From: a virus
IMG/VR virus record: IMGVR_UViG_3300000547_000002
Coordinates: 1-64,000 of that record
Length of the DNA stretch: 64,000 nt
Reading direction: 5' to 3' (one strand)
Below the pieces are notes generated by a model that did not search any database, was not told the DNA's origin, and saw only the letters and a program-made list of their open reading frames with translations. Every line of letters begins with the position of its first letter. Position 1 is the first letter of the stretch. Shown here piece after piece: positions 9,381 to 19,184 of this stretch. The translations under genes were made by a program, and so were the position numbers.

Positions 9381-9925
9381 AGCTTTACACCTAAGCAATG
9401 ATAAAGGAAAAAGGGCTGCAAACCACAATTTGCTGCAGAATGATAATTTCTATAATCTTTCCACTTAACGATTGTTCCTATGTCGCAAGCAGAGACATCT
9501 TTACCTTCTAACGCTAAAAAATGAGATAAATTTTTTTCGCCTAGAAAAATAGAATATCTCATTAATTTACCTTCTTGGAGCCATTGTTCATGCTTATCGT
9601 CAACGTCCCAATGCCAAGGTGCTGTTTTACCTGGCATAATTAAACTCACCCAGTCTCTTTTCGGATTTATATTTACATATTCGGCAAATTGATTTGTAAA
9701 TTGAGCATTATAATGTTCATTTGGGTAATAGTTATACCACTCTATGCTGGATAAAAAATATCCTGCGTTTATCCAATTATCGATCATTTCTTGATAGTAA
9801 TTTTTAATTTTGGTATTTTTAGATTTTGAAGCATCTAGTATAGAATTGAAATCTAAACGCTTAGGCTGAGTTTTTTGACATTCACCAACAAGATCTTTGC
9901 ATTTTTTTCTAATTATTTTATACAT
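9377..9925 (-). CDS. putative 2OG-Fe(II) oxygenase
   Basis: PG..APWHWD and YHSAANCG motifs; start ATG9925. Confidence 0.6.
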   Translation of the reverse strand: MYKIIRKKCKDLVGECQKTQPKRLDFNSILDASKSKNTKIKNYYQEMIDNWINAGYFLSSIEWYNYYPNEHYNAQFTNQFAEYVNINPKRDWVSLIMPGKTAPWHWDVDDKHEQWLQEGKLMRYSIFLGEKNLSHFLALEGKDVSACDIGTIVKWKDYRNYHSAANCGLQPFFLYHCLGVKL

Positions 9926-10584
9926 GATTCCAAATCGTCCAATTTCAAATTTAGTTTTTGGTTGTGCCATTTATCATTTAACAATAAAAATTTATAGATT
10001 TCAAAAAAGTTATAATTGTTGCGTTCACTAAAAGGTTCTGTACAAATCCATTTTTTACTATCTTGCGAAAGTATCTCATCTACTATTGTTTTGTTGACCA
10101 ATGGCGTATTAAGACCAAAACAACTAAAAAAGTCTATAGTTTTTATTACATTATTTCTGTTTTCAAAAAAACAATGTGAATGCATAGAAATTTTTCCTAA
10201 GCCAATTCGATATAAATCAGACAAGACATTTTGTGCTTTGTTCATGAAGTAAACCTGCTTTTCTGGTTGATGATATATAACATGATTGATTAAATCTCCA
10301 TCGTAGCGAATGAAAATCTTTTTTGATTTTTTATCGATTTCTAAAATATCTGGACACCACTGATAGTTTCTCAATTTGTCTAAGTAATACAATTCATTTT
10401 CAAAAAAATAATCAAGAGTTTTTTGACTTAAATTATTTTTTGAATAGGCATTCTTTTTACAAAAGTGATAACAAAATATTTTGTTATCCGGACTTATTAA
10501 TGGCTCGTAAGTGTGTTGCGATACGCAACTCCTTCCTTGATTATCCAGTTTGTATAGATATTTCCAATTTTTAACAGATATCAA
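9913..10584 (-). CDS. atypical kinase/phosphotransferase-fold protein
   Basis: FENELYYL, WCPDILEID, GKISMHSHCFF, IKTIDFF (DFG-like); paralog of 7546..8241. Confidence 0.5.
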   Translation of the reverse strand: MISVKNWKYLYKLDNQGRSCVSQHTYEPLISPDNKIFCYHFCKKNAYSKNNLSQKTLDYFFENELYYLDKLRNYQWCPDILEIDKKSKKIFIRYDGDLINHVIYHQPEKQVYFMNKAQNVLSDLYRIGLGKISMHSHCFFENRNNVIKTIDFFSCFGLNTPLVNKTIVDEILSQDSKKWICTEPFSERNNYNFFEIYKFLLLNDKWHNQKLNLKLDDLESCIK

Positions 10585-11233
10585 TTTTAAATTCTCTAGG
10601 TGTAATATACTCTAAATCAATCAAATTATTTTCTTCGAGTTCAAAACTACAACCTTTTTCTTCGATCTTGAAATTAGTTAATAGCCCTTTTTTGTTAGCA
10701 TAATTTAACCAAGAACTAAGGGTATTATCAAATTTATATCTAGGATTAGAACCAGCTAAACGTATTTTAACGGTTTTTGATTTGTTAAGTTGATTATTTT
10801 GTAAAAGTTTTCTTACGACTAGTTGATATCTAGAAGTTTCACCGCAAGAAATAGCTGTATGAACTTTACTCGTATCCATTTCATACCAGATAGCATCTGC
10901 ATAAGTAGGATATATTACATTATCATCTAGGTCTAATAAGTACCCTCCGTCGCCTGCAAGATTAATATGAAATCTATCATCTATGTCTGCATGTTGTGTG
11001 TAACAACGCATTGATTCAAGAATTATCAGTCGTGCTTCGCCTATCGGAAAATCTAATGTCGAAAGTATGTTACCTAACGGAGTATCTTTGACTTCTTCTT
11101 TTAAAGACCACTCGTCGTAAAAAAAATTTCCAGTAGGGAAATTGAGCACATTTTTCATTTGGTCGAAATGGTAAATTTGTGACTGAGAATCCTCTAGGAG
11201 TTTTTTATCTATAGAATGCAACGGTGCTAGCAT
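10571..11233 (-). CDS. aspartyl/asparaginyl beta-hydroxylase-like 2OG-Fe(II) oxygenase
   Basis: YTQHADIDDRFHINL and MDTSKVHTAISCGETSRYQLVV (HxD..H..R). Confidence 0.65.
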   Translation of the reverse strand: MLAPLHSIDKKLLEDSQSQIYHFDQMKNVLNFPTGNFFYDEWSLKEEVKDTPLGNILSTLDFPIGEARLIILESMRCYTQHADIDDRFHINLAGDGGYLLDLDDNVIYPTYADAIWYEMDTSKVHTAISCGETSRYQLVVRKLLQNNQLNKSKTVKIRLAGSNPRYKFDNTLSSWLNYANKKGLLTNFKIEEKGCSFELEENNLIDLEYITPREFKIDIC

Positions 11234-11237
11234 CAGA

Positions 11238-11281
11238 TATTTACCAAGATCTATAACTTACATATAATTTATTGGTAAGTA
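11238..11281. promoter_or_regulatory. divergent late promoters (TAAATA on -, TAAGTA on +)
   Basis: TATTTA 11238-11243 lies 4 nt from ATG11233(-); TAAGTA 11276-11281 lies 5 nt from ATG11287(+). Confidence 0.5.
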
Positions 11282-11286
11282 ATTTT

Positions 11287-12024
11287 ATGCAACCTTATAA
11301 CCTACTTGAAGTAGATGGTGTAAAAATACCTTTTTCACATAATTGGACTAACATAGGAATAAGTTTAAGTGGCGGAGCAGATAGTGCATTACTGCTATAT
11401 ATCCTAAGTAATTATTTTACATGCAACATACACGTTATCACCCAAATAAGATGTTGGAAAACAAGACCCTGGCAAGAATACCATAGTTTACAAGTTTTTG
11501 AGTGGTTTCAAACTAATTTTCCAAAAAAAAATTTTACAAGGCATGAAGGTTTCATTCCGCCCGACTTAGAATGGGGGAGAATCGGACCTACAATAACGGA
11601 TGAGTACGGAAAACTAAAAAGCGGAAATCAAATTATATTGCGATCCCATAACGAGTATATCTGTCACAAAGAAAAAATCAACGCATGGTTTGCAGCAGTT
11701 AATCGTAACCCTAATATTAAATTAGACGGAGCCTTAAAAGACAGAGACGATGGACACATACTTCCCATTTTTAATCATATGAACACGGTTATTTGCCATC
11801 CGTTTATTAAAACACGAAAGGATTGGATTATACAACAATATTATAATTTTGATATTTTAGATCTGTTAGATCTAACAAGAAGTTGCGAAGGAGATAAAAT
11901 CGACTATCCTGAAATTTTTGGTGATTTAGACTTTACTACTTATATTCCAGGACAATATGTGCCTGAGTGCGGAAAATGTTTCTGGTGCAATGAACGTGAA
12001 TGGGCATTGAATCGTGTTAAATAA
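11287..12024 (+). CDS. QueC-like PP-loop ATPase (7-cyano-7-deazaguanine synthase-like)
   Basis: PP-loop SLSGGADSA; C-terminal Zn motif TRSC...CGKCFWC.ER. Confidence 0.7.
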   Translation: MQPYNLLEVDGVKIPFSHNWTNIGISLSGGADSALLLYILSNYFTCNIHVITQIRCWKTRPWQEYHSLQVFEWFQTNFPKKNFTRHEGFIPPDLEWGRIGPTITDEYGKLKSGNQIILRSHNEYICHKEKINAWFAAVNRNPNIKLDGALKDRDDGHILPIFNHMNTVICHPFIKTRKDWIIQQYYNFDILDLLDLTRSCEGDKIDYPEIFGDLDFTTYIPGQYVPECGKCFWCNEREWALNRVK

Positions 12025-13285
12025 TAAATCTTGCACATTTTGTATGCATCCCTTTACTGGTCTAGCAACTAGAGAAGATGGTGCTATTAAAATCTGTTGC
12101 AGAAGTCAACCAGTAGGATGGATACAAGAACAAAGTCTTGAAGAAGTCTGGAACTCCGACAAAATGAAGGAAGTTCGCAAGCAAGTTCTCAATGGTAAAC
12201 GTCCTGATGTTTGTATGCCCTGCTTTAATCTTGAAGATCAGGGTGTAGAGAGCTTACGACAGCGTCATATACGCGGTTTAATACCAGAAGCCAGGGTTAA
12301 CCTTTATCCTGATGCTTTAGACGCGCTAGAAGACGATTATTCCATGCCTTTTGAATTTCCAACTATGGAGATTAAGATTAACAATCTGTGTAATCTTAAA
12401 TGTCGCATGTGTAACCCTTTGGATTCTACTTCATGGACGGATTGGAAAGAAGTAGAAGAATTTTACGAAAGAGAAAACAACTACCTTGTTCCTACCGTTA
12501 GAAAACTTACAAAAAGACCAGGACAATATATCGGACCATTTGACAATTCCGATAATTGGTGGCAAGATTTTGAAAAACTTCTACCTCACTTTCGCAGAGT
12601 AGAGTTTGCAGGAGGGGAGCCCCTAATGGATCCTAACCACTACAAAATTCTAGACATGCTTAAACCACACGCAGATAAAATTGAAATCAAATATGCCACT
12701 AACGGAACAAAACTCGGCATATCAGATGGCAGGACTATATTTGACTATTGGCCTTACTTTAAGTCTGTTGCTGTAAATATAAGCATTGACGGTATACATG
12801 ATGTCTATGAATACATAAGAGGTAATGGCGATTTTTCACTAATAGAAGAAAATATAAAACAAATTAAAACTTTACCTAACATCTCAAGAATTGTAGGTGC
12901 TTTTACGGTCCAATCTAACAACATCATGCAAATTGATAAAGTAATAGAATACTTTTTAGAAGATATGGGTATAATCTTTTATAGTCATAGAGTAAACTAT
13001 CCTAGAGCTTTGTCTGCACAGGTTCTTCCTCAGAAACTAAAGGCAGATATCATAGGCAAATTAGAAAAAATGAACAACAAGATAGAAAAGTTTACTTTGA
13101 TTAAATCTAATCCTACAATTAAAAAAGTGACTTTACAGCAAATAAAAGACAATATAAACTTTTTACAAGCCGAAGATCTTAGCCAATACTGGAAAGAATG
13201 CCTAGAATTTAATCGAAAATTAGATTTCAGTCGAAAGCAAGGTCCTATAGAAAAAATTATTCCTGAATTTAAACCATATGTATAA
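12014..13285 (+). CDS. radical SAM protein with N-terminal SPASM/Twitch domain
   Basis: CNLKCRMC, FAGGEP, YATNGT, SIDG; N-terminal CMHPF..ICC..VWNS..C..C. Confidence 0.9.
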   Translation: MLNNKSCTFCMHPFTGLATREDGAIKICCRSQPVGWIQEQSLEEVWNSDKMKEVRKQVLNGKRPDVCMPCFNLEDQGVESLRQRHIRGLIPEARVNLYPDALDALEDDYSMPFEFPTMEIKINNLCNLKCRMCNPLDSTSWTDWKEVEEFYERENNYLVPTVRKLTKRPGQYIGPFDNSDNWWQDFEKLLPHFRRVEFAGGEPLMDPNHYKILDMLKPHADKIEIKYATNGTKLGISDGRTIFDYWPYFKSVAVNISIDGIHDVYEYIRGNGDFSLIEENIKQIKTLPNISRIVGAFTVQSNNIMQIDKVIEYFLEDMGIIFYSHRVNYPRALSAQVLPQKLKADIIGKLEKMNNKIEKFTLIKSNPTIKKVTLQQIKDNINFLQAEDLSQYWKECLEFNRKLDFSRKQGPIEKIIPEFKPYV

Positions 13286-14162
13286 AATAACAAGTAGATG
13301 GCCGCATCAAAATTGTTTAAAAATAGAGTGGAACCTTGGAAAAAGATGTAATTTTGATTGTTCATATTGTCCTCCAGAAATACATGACAATTATTCACCG
13401 CACACCAATATAGCAGTGCTGAAGAGATGTGTTGATAAATTGTCTGAGATAGAAAAGCCTCTAAGAATAAGTTTTACAGGAGGAGAACCCTGCGTTCATC
13501 CTAAAATATCAAAACTATTCAACTATATAAGACCGTACGCTGATTGGATAAATGTTACCACTAACGGAACTAGAAAACCAGAATGGTATGCAGATCAACC
13601 TCTAGATCATATAGTTTTTTCTCTACATTTTGAAACAGAAGATTGGCATAGATGTCTATTAAACATTATAGATACTGATAAATTAGTTGATATTCCTATA
13701 CAGGTAAACATAATGGCACATCATCAACACATGGAAGATGTAAAAACTGCTACAATGCTATTAGCAAACGAAAAAATTAAATATGTTATACGTCGTATTC
13801 GTTGGACAGAAAAGCACGACTGGTTCAATGATATGCGTTACAAGGATGAAGACTTGGATTGGATTTTGAAAAATGAAGCAACTTCTTTACCTAACTGCGA
13901 TGTAGACGGAGAATATTACATTCATGCTAATGATATTATAAAAAAACATCAAAACCAATTTAAAGGTTGGCGATGTAATATCGGATTAGAAAGTTTAATG
14001 ATAAATTGGGACGGTGAAGTTCATAGAGCAACATGTAGAGTAGGCGGGAGTTTAGGTAATATTTACAAAGGAAATTTCAAGCTTCCTACAGACCCTGTAA
14101 CATGCACAAGAGATTGGTGTACATGTGCAGCAGACATTCCTATCACTAAATTTTCTGCTTAG
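13278..14162 (+). CDS. radical SAM protein with C-terminal SPASM-like domain
   Basis: CNFDCSYC, FTGGEP, TTNG; C-terminal WRC..G...C...C...CTC.AD. Confidence 0.9.
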   Translation: MYKITSRWPHQNCLKIEWNLGKRCNFDCSYCPPEIHDNYSPHTNIAVLKRCVDKLSEIEKPLRISFTGGEPCVHPKISKLFNYIRPYADWINVTTNGTRKPEWYADQPLDHIVFSLHFETEDWHRCLLNIIDTDKLVDIPIQVNIMAHHQHMEDVKTATMLLANEKIKYVIRRIRWTEKHDWFNDMRYKDEDLDWILKNEATSLPNCDVDGEYYIHANDIIKKHQNQFKGWRCNIGLESLMINWDGEVHRATCRVGGSLGNIYKGNFKLPTDPVTCTRDWCTCAADIPITKFSA

Positions 14163-15144
14163 ATACATGCGTGTCTGGCTGACAAGAACAGCAATTTCTC
14201 GGGCATATAATCGGTTTTAAATCTAACTTTGACCTGTTAAATTTTTCTTCAAAATCTTCAGCAAAAAGATTAAGATTTGCATCAGCAAAAATTTCTTCTT
14301 GGCACGATCCTGTAATTTTTCCATCGTGTGTAATTACTAAATTTTCAATTGCTACTGAACATTCCCATCCTTTAAAATGATTCAGATTATTAGAAATATA
14401 ATAATTTGGTGCCACAGGTTTAATTTCATCATTTTCAAACATTGCTACAGATTGATAATAATCAAACTCATTAAGATTACGTAATATCCATTCGCTCTCT
14501 GGTATTCTCTTTAGTGAATTATGGAAAAAATCTTTCTGCTCTTCAGTGTAGGAATTCCAGTCATGCCCGGGAGAATCTACCACTTCTTTTGCTTGAATTG
14601 GCCAATTATAAACGCTAGATTTCATTTTTTCAATATATTCTAAACAGGTATTCCAGGCAGAAGCATCCATAAGCATTAATGCACCAACATGCTTTCCTTT
14701 TTGCCATAAAAAATCACAATTTTTTACAAACAGATCTATGTCTACTTCTTTGTAATGACAACTCATTGTAAACTTGTCTATATCTACGCTATTTTCTTCA
14801 AACCATTTAGTTTTTCTTGAACCATTAGTTGTCAATTTTAATTGAACATGATGGTGTTTTTTAATTTCTTTACAAAATTGTGCTAGATAAGGCCATAATG
14901 ACGGTTCTCCTCCACCTGCGATATTAATACGAAAGAAATTTTTTCCGTGCGTTTTTTGATATTCATCTAACAGTATTCTAAAATTTTTAACAACCGTATC
15001 AATGTTTTTTGGAAATTTGTTTATATTTAAAACAGATCCAGGAAAACAATATTCGCAATTAAAATTACAAATATCAGTTGGCCAAAACCGTATGTCCAAT
15101 ACATTATTAGACGTTGTGCTAATTACCCTTGTTAATTCATTCAT
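14146..15144 (-). CDS. radical SAM protein with C-terminal SPASM-like domain
   Basis: CNFNCEYC, GGGEP, TTNGSR; C-terminal WEC...GSC...C...CSC.PD. Confidence 0.9.
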   Translation of the reverse strand: MNELTRVISTTSNNVLDIRFWPTDICNFNCEYCFPGSVLNINKFPKNIDTVVKNFRILLDEYQKTHGKNFFRINIAGGGEPSLWPYLAQFCKEIKKHHHVQLKLTTNGSRKTKWFEENSVDIDKFTMSCHYKEVDIDLFVKNCDFLWQKGKHVGALMLMDASAWNTCLEYIEKMKSSVYNWPIQAKEVVDSPGHDWNSYTEEQKDFFHNSLKRIPESEWILRNLNEFDYYQSVAMFENDEIKPVAPNYYISNNLNHFKGWECSVAIENLVITHDGKITGSCQEEIFADANLNLFAEDFEEKFNRSKLDLKPIICPRNCCSCQPDTHVSKQKI

Positions 15145-16550
15145 AATAGATGTGCTAATTCAGGAAACACTTTTTGTGCTTGAATTCCTCTTATACTATC
15201 TAACTCGGTGATGTATTCTCGAAAACCCTTTAATTCGTTTGACTTATCTTCCGCTTCCATATGATTCATTACAGCTTCCCAGCGTTTCCAACCGTAAGGG
15301 TTATTCTTCCAAAAATCATCATCCTGTCTATAATTATTCCAAAGCCAGTCTTTAAATTCTCTATATCTTTCTCTTACTTCTTGTTTATCTTCTTTCGGAA
15401 GACACTGAATACTTAAAAATGTAGGTATGTATAACAGGTGCATATTAACTAGGCCGCCGCCCATTTGCACACCGCCCGGAACTTTTGAAAAATTAAGTTT
15501 TTTGAAGCCAGACTCTACTTTCCATTTCATAAAATCAGGCAAATGTTTTACATTCAAAATTTGTATTGCAGTAGCAAGACTGGTTGTAATATTATCAGGA
15601 GTGTTGTCTAACATGTGTAAATTACGTTCCACCGTTGCCCATTCTGTAGGATACCTAATGTATTCATCTCTCTCATAACAGGCATCCATAGATATGGCAA
15701 ATTTAACCTTTTTAAAACGCGACCACATTTCGATTAAATCGTCATCTACTAATAAGCCGTTAGAATTATATCGTAATAGAATCTGATCTTCATAACCTTG
15801 GCGAAGTATTTCTTCTATAAACTGCTTATGCTCTTTTATCATCAGAGGCTCGCCGCCTGCAAAGTACACCTGTTTTAAATTAGGAATTTGTGCATTCATT
15901 TCTTCCCAAAACGAAGATTTTTCATGCCATTTATTGTCAAAGGAGGCAGCGTCAAACTGCATTTGACGTTTTACGTTCGAATCTTTTAGTTTGTTCATCA
16001 ACTTTGAATGATCTTGCAACCAGCGAGACGAATCATGGGGAGAACACATAACACACTTGATATTGCAGGTATGTCCTAATCTTAAATCTAGATATTTCAG
16101 TTTTTCAGGAACTGATCCATCTTGTTCTGTCTGTCTGATTAATTCTGGTATATCTACATCATCGTAGTGCCAGGTGAGCGTTTCCCAAATTCTTTTAGAA
16201 ACTACACCTTTAGATTCTTCATGAAAGCATTTTGTACAAGATTTAGGCACTTCACCTCTCATCATGCTTCGGCGAACACTTTTCATATAATCGTTATTCC
16301 AGGCACTCATAGGAGTATCTTCGCCAAAGTTAGCAGGGCGGCCGCTTTCATTTTTTACCAAACCTACTTCATGATCATTTCCTGCACCGCTAGCATTTGC
16401 CGAACAACAAAGTCTCATATCGCCGTTTGGTCTAGTAGCAAAATGTATCCAAGGCAATACACAATAAGTAGAAGATCCAGATACCTGTTTTATCTTATCT
16501 TGTAAATCCACAATTTCTAAGTTTTTTAATTCTTCTGTTTTATCAGGCAT
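15141..16550 (-). CDS. radical SAM protein with N-terminal SPASM/Twitch domain
   Basis: CNIKCVMC, FAGGEP, YNSNG; N-terminal CVLPW..RLCC..AWNN..CTKC. Confidence 0.9.
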   Translation of the reverse strand: MPDKTEELKNLEIVDLQDKIKQVSGSSTYCVLPWIHFATRPNGDMRLCCSANASGAGNDHEVGLVKNESGRPANFGEDTPMSAWNNDYMKSVRRSMMRGEVPKSCTKCFHEESKGVVSKRIWETLTWHYDDVDIPELIRQTEQDGSVPEKLKYLDLRLGHTCNIKCVMCSPHDSSRWLQDHSKLMNKLKDSNVKRQMQFDAASFDNKWHEKSSFWEEMNAQIPNLKQVYFAGGEPLMIKEHKQFIEEILRQGYEDQILLRYNSNGLLVDDDLIEMWSRFKKVKFAISMDACYERDEYIRYPTEWATVERNLHMLDNTPDNITTSLATAIQILNVKHLPDFMKWKVESGFKKLNFSKVPGGVQMGGGLVNMHLLYIPTFLSIQCLPKEDKQEVRERYREFKDWLWNNYRQDDDFWKNNPYGWKRWEAVMNHMEAEDKSNELKGFREYITELDSIRGIQAQKVFPELAHLL

Positions 16551-17139
16551 GTCCTATAACCATAAATCTTTTATATTTTGGTGTAGTAAAAACATATTCT
16601 TGAAAAGTATTTAATTGTAAAATATCTGACAATTCCTTTACCGAGTTAACACAATTTATATGTTCCTCTAAACTAAAGAAATCATTATTTTGTGCTGCAA
16701 CTAACGTTCCCTGAGGAATGTTCTCTTTCCATATTCTTAAATTTGATTTTTTTATATGCTCAGTGCTTGTATTAATTACAACATCTGCTTCCTTAGTATA
16801 TTCACACATATCTGCTGTGACTGCAGAAAACCTTCCTTCCATTTCATATCTCTTGTTTATAGTATTTGCAATTTCTTTACAAGTTGGGTCGATATCTACG
16901 CTGATGATATGCTCTACTTTTATTGAGCTATTAAAAAGAAGACTAGCTAAAACTCCGTTCCATCCTCCGTGAATCACAATTTTATTAGGATTGTCGGCAA
17001 CAAAGTGTTTTAACTTTTCTATCAGCCATAGTTTAGAATGGACTTGTCCTTTCCAAAAGCTTTCAAGGGTTCTGTATCTATCCTCGGAGTTGCGAATAGC
17101 GTCCATCCAAAAAAGAACGTCTTCTATATCAACTTTCAT
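16543..17139 (-). CDS. class I SAM-dependent methyltransferase
   Basis: Motif I IVIHGGWNG, acidic SVDID, ADM, INTSTEH. Confidence 0.7.
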   Translation of the reverse strand: MKVDIEDVLFWMDAIRNSEDRYRTLESFWKGQVHSKLWLIEKLKHFVADNPNKIVIHGGWNGVLASLLFNSSIKVEHIISVDIDPTCKEIANTINKRYEMEGRFSAVTADMCEYTKEADVVINTSTEHIKKSNLRIWKENIPQGTLVAAQNNDFFSLEEHINCVNSVKELSDILQLNTFQEYVFTTPKYKRFMVIGHA

Positions 17140-18124
17140 ACTTAGCCTTTGGTATTTTAGAATCTGCTGAACTTACGCAGGTAGATGTAATGCAAGGCAT
17201 AGGTTTTTGAAACAATTCAAACCCATTGTCTATCGTACCGAGAGGTTCATCATGACAGGAATATGATCTTTTGATCTCTCCTCCTGGTTCTCTTACTATA
17301 CAACTTTGATAACCTGCGCTACACTGCCAGCCATGAAATTTATTAAAATCGAATGCATTTAATCTCTCTGCTTGATCAACATCGTACCAATTTCCTTGAT
17401 CGTCCTGCATAGCCATTTGATTTTGATATTCGCCGTCAATGTGCTGCGGAAATCCTGTTTGCATTTTGTCTATCTGTGCCTGAGTATAGTCTCCCACAAT
17501 AAAACTTGCTGTAGGGTCGCTTTGAGGCTTTAGCGTGACGTTTATCCCCCGTTCTGCAAATCTAGAACACCTATCATAGTATGCATCAAAAAATTCTGGC
17601 ACCATTACTTGATTGATTGTTAGTAACACACCTCTCTTCATTAACTGCAGACACTTGTCACTGAATTCCTGTTCTTTTGCAAACTCTGCATGAAAACTTG
17701 CTGTGATACTTCTACGTTGAAGACACTCTGTAACATCTAACCACTCTGCCCACCATTTTGATCCCGGAGACAGATTTGTTGTCATGTGAATACTTTGGTA
17801 ATCTGGATTAGGATCATCGGCATAATGCTCTACAAGTTTAAGAAAATGCTTGTATGCTGTAGGTTCGCCTCCTGAAAACGAAAAGTGAAAATTTGTAAAA
17901 CCATTGTCTTCTGCTTGGGACTTAATTTCGTCCATTACTTCGCAATAGGTTTTCAAAGGACGATGATCAGGTTTTGACGATCTAGCATATGGCCAACAAT
18001 ATGAACAAGAGTAATTACAAAAACGGGCTAGGATCCAAGACACGCTAAAGAGGTCAGTGTTCAAAAGAGTTTTTTGTCCTAGTTTTACTATCCTATCAAA
18101 GGGAATATGCTGAAAATTATACAT
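17129..18124 (-). CDS. radical SAM protein with C-terminal SPASM-like domain
   Basis: CNYSCSYC, FSGGEP, TTNLS; WQCSAG...YSC...C...C; start ATG18124. Confidence 0.9.
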   Translation of the reverse strand: MYNFQHIPFDRIVKLGQKTLLNTDLFSVSWILARFCNYSCSYCWPYARSSKPDHRPLKTYCEVMDEIKSQAEDNGFTNFHFSFSGGEPTAYKHFLKLVEHYADDPNPDYQSIHMTTNLSPGSKWWAEWLDVTECLQRRSITASFHAEFAKEQEFSDKCLQLMKRGVLLTINQVMVPEFFDAYYDRCSRFAERGINVTLKPQSDPTASFIVGDYTQAQIDKMQTGFPQHIDGEYQNQMAMQDDQGNWYDVDQAERLNAFDFNKFHGWQCSAGYQSCIVREPGGEIKRSYSCHDEPLGTIDNGFELFQKPMPCITSTCVSSADSKIPKAKYES

Positions 18125-19184
18125 ACTTCCCAACATCATAAATCATTGTAGAACATTGTCTTGCGCATGTAAAACATTTATTTTCTCCTTGCCAGTAAGA
18201 AGGTAATTCATCCCATAAAACATCGTTATTATAAAAAATTTTATCTTTACAATTTGGTACACCTATATCATTTAGAATCTGCTTGGTTTGTTCCACCGTT
18301 ATATTACGTAGAAAATGTATAGGAAGTCTTTCTTCAATTGGACTTTCTAGATATTCTCCTGCAAGCCAACAGCACGGAAAAATATTACCATAAGGATCTA
18401 CATATATAGATTTATCTGTTTTACACTTAGGTTGAATTACAGAATCCTGTATTGCTTTTTTTCTGACATCTTTGTTAAGCAGAGTATTTAATTCGTAGTT
18501 AGGATTCATTTTATATTGATTTTGTTTAGCAGGCTTCAGATAATATTCGAAATTTCCTGCTTTATCAATTACTTCAAATTTTTTCATTTCGTAAAAACGA
18601 GTCGTTCGTACAAAATTAACCGAATGGACTCCTAAATCTAACAAGTATTCTTCTAATTCAAAGATGTCTTGCTCGTTATGTTCAAATACAAGACTATCAA
18701 CTCTTGCTTTCCCACCGGCCTCTATGAAAGCTGTCATATTTTCTATTACTTTATCGAAATCTGTATTTCTCCTATATAATTCGTGTTTACCTTTGAATCC
18801 ATCAACAGCGAAAATAACTTCAGAATTGGATTGCGTGCCTATAACTTTTGCAAACTTATCCCACCATTTTTTATTTCTCATCCCGCCGTTAGTATGTATA
18901 GCTAACCTAGTATTTGGATTGCATTGTCTAACGTAATCATATATTTCTAAACAATCTCTAGCAAAAGCTGGATCACCGTAGTTGCCACAACTATAAAAAT
19001 TTCTTATTTGGCTTAAGAAACTGCTGGGAAACCAATTTTTAAATTCTTCTAATGATATATCACCGCCTTTTATAAAAGGTCGTAAGGGACCACCATGAAA
19101 ATTCCTAGCACACATAGGACATTGCGCTTGACATTTGTCTGTTAATTCTATGTGGATTTCAGAAATTTCTTTTACGTTAATCAT
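18117..19184 (-). CDS. radical SAM/SPASM protein
   Basis: CQAQCPMC, CGNYGDP in place of GGEP, HTNGG, AVDG; C-terminal C...YVD..G.IFPCCW...C.TC...C. Confidence 0.9.
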   Translation of the reverse strand: MINVKEISEIHIELTDKCQAQCPMCARNFHGGPLRPFIKGGDISLEEFKNWFPSSFLSQIRNFYSCGNYGDPAFARDCLEIYDYVRQCNPNTRLAIHTNGGMRNKKWWDKFAKVIGTQSNSEVIFAVDGFKGKHELYRRNTDFDKVIENMTAFIEAGGKARVDSLVFEHNEQDIFELEEYLLDLGVHSVNFVRTTRFYEMKKFEVIDKAGNFEYYLKPAKQNQYKMNPNYELNTLLNKDVRKKAIQDSVIQPKCKTDKSIYVDPYGNIFPCCWLAGEYLESPIEERLPIHFLRNITVEQTKQILNDIGVPNCKDKIFYNNDVLWDELPSYWQGENKCFTCARQCSTMIYDVGKYV

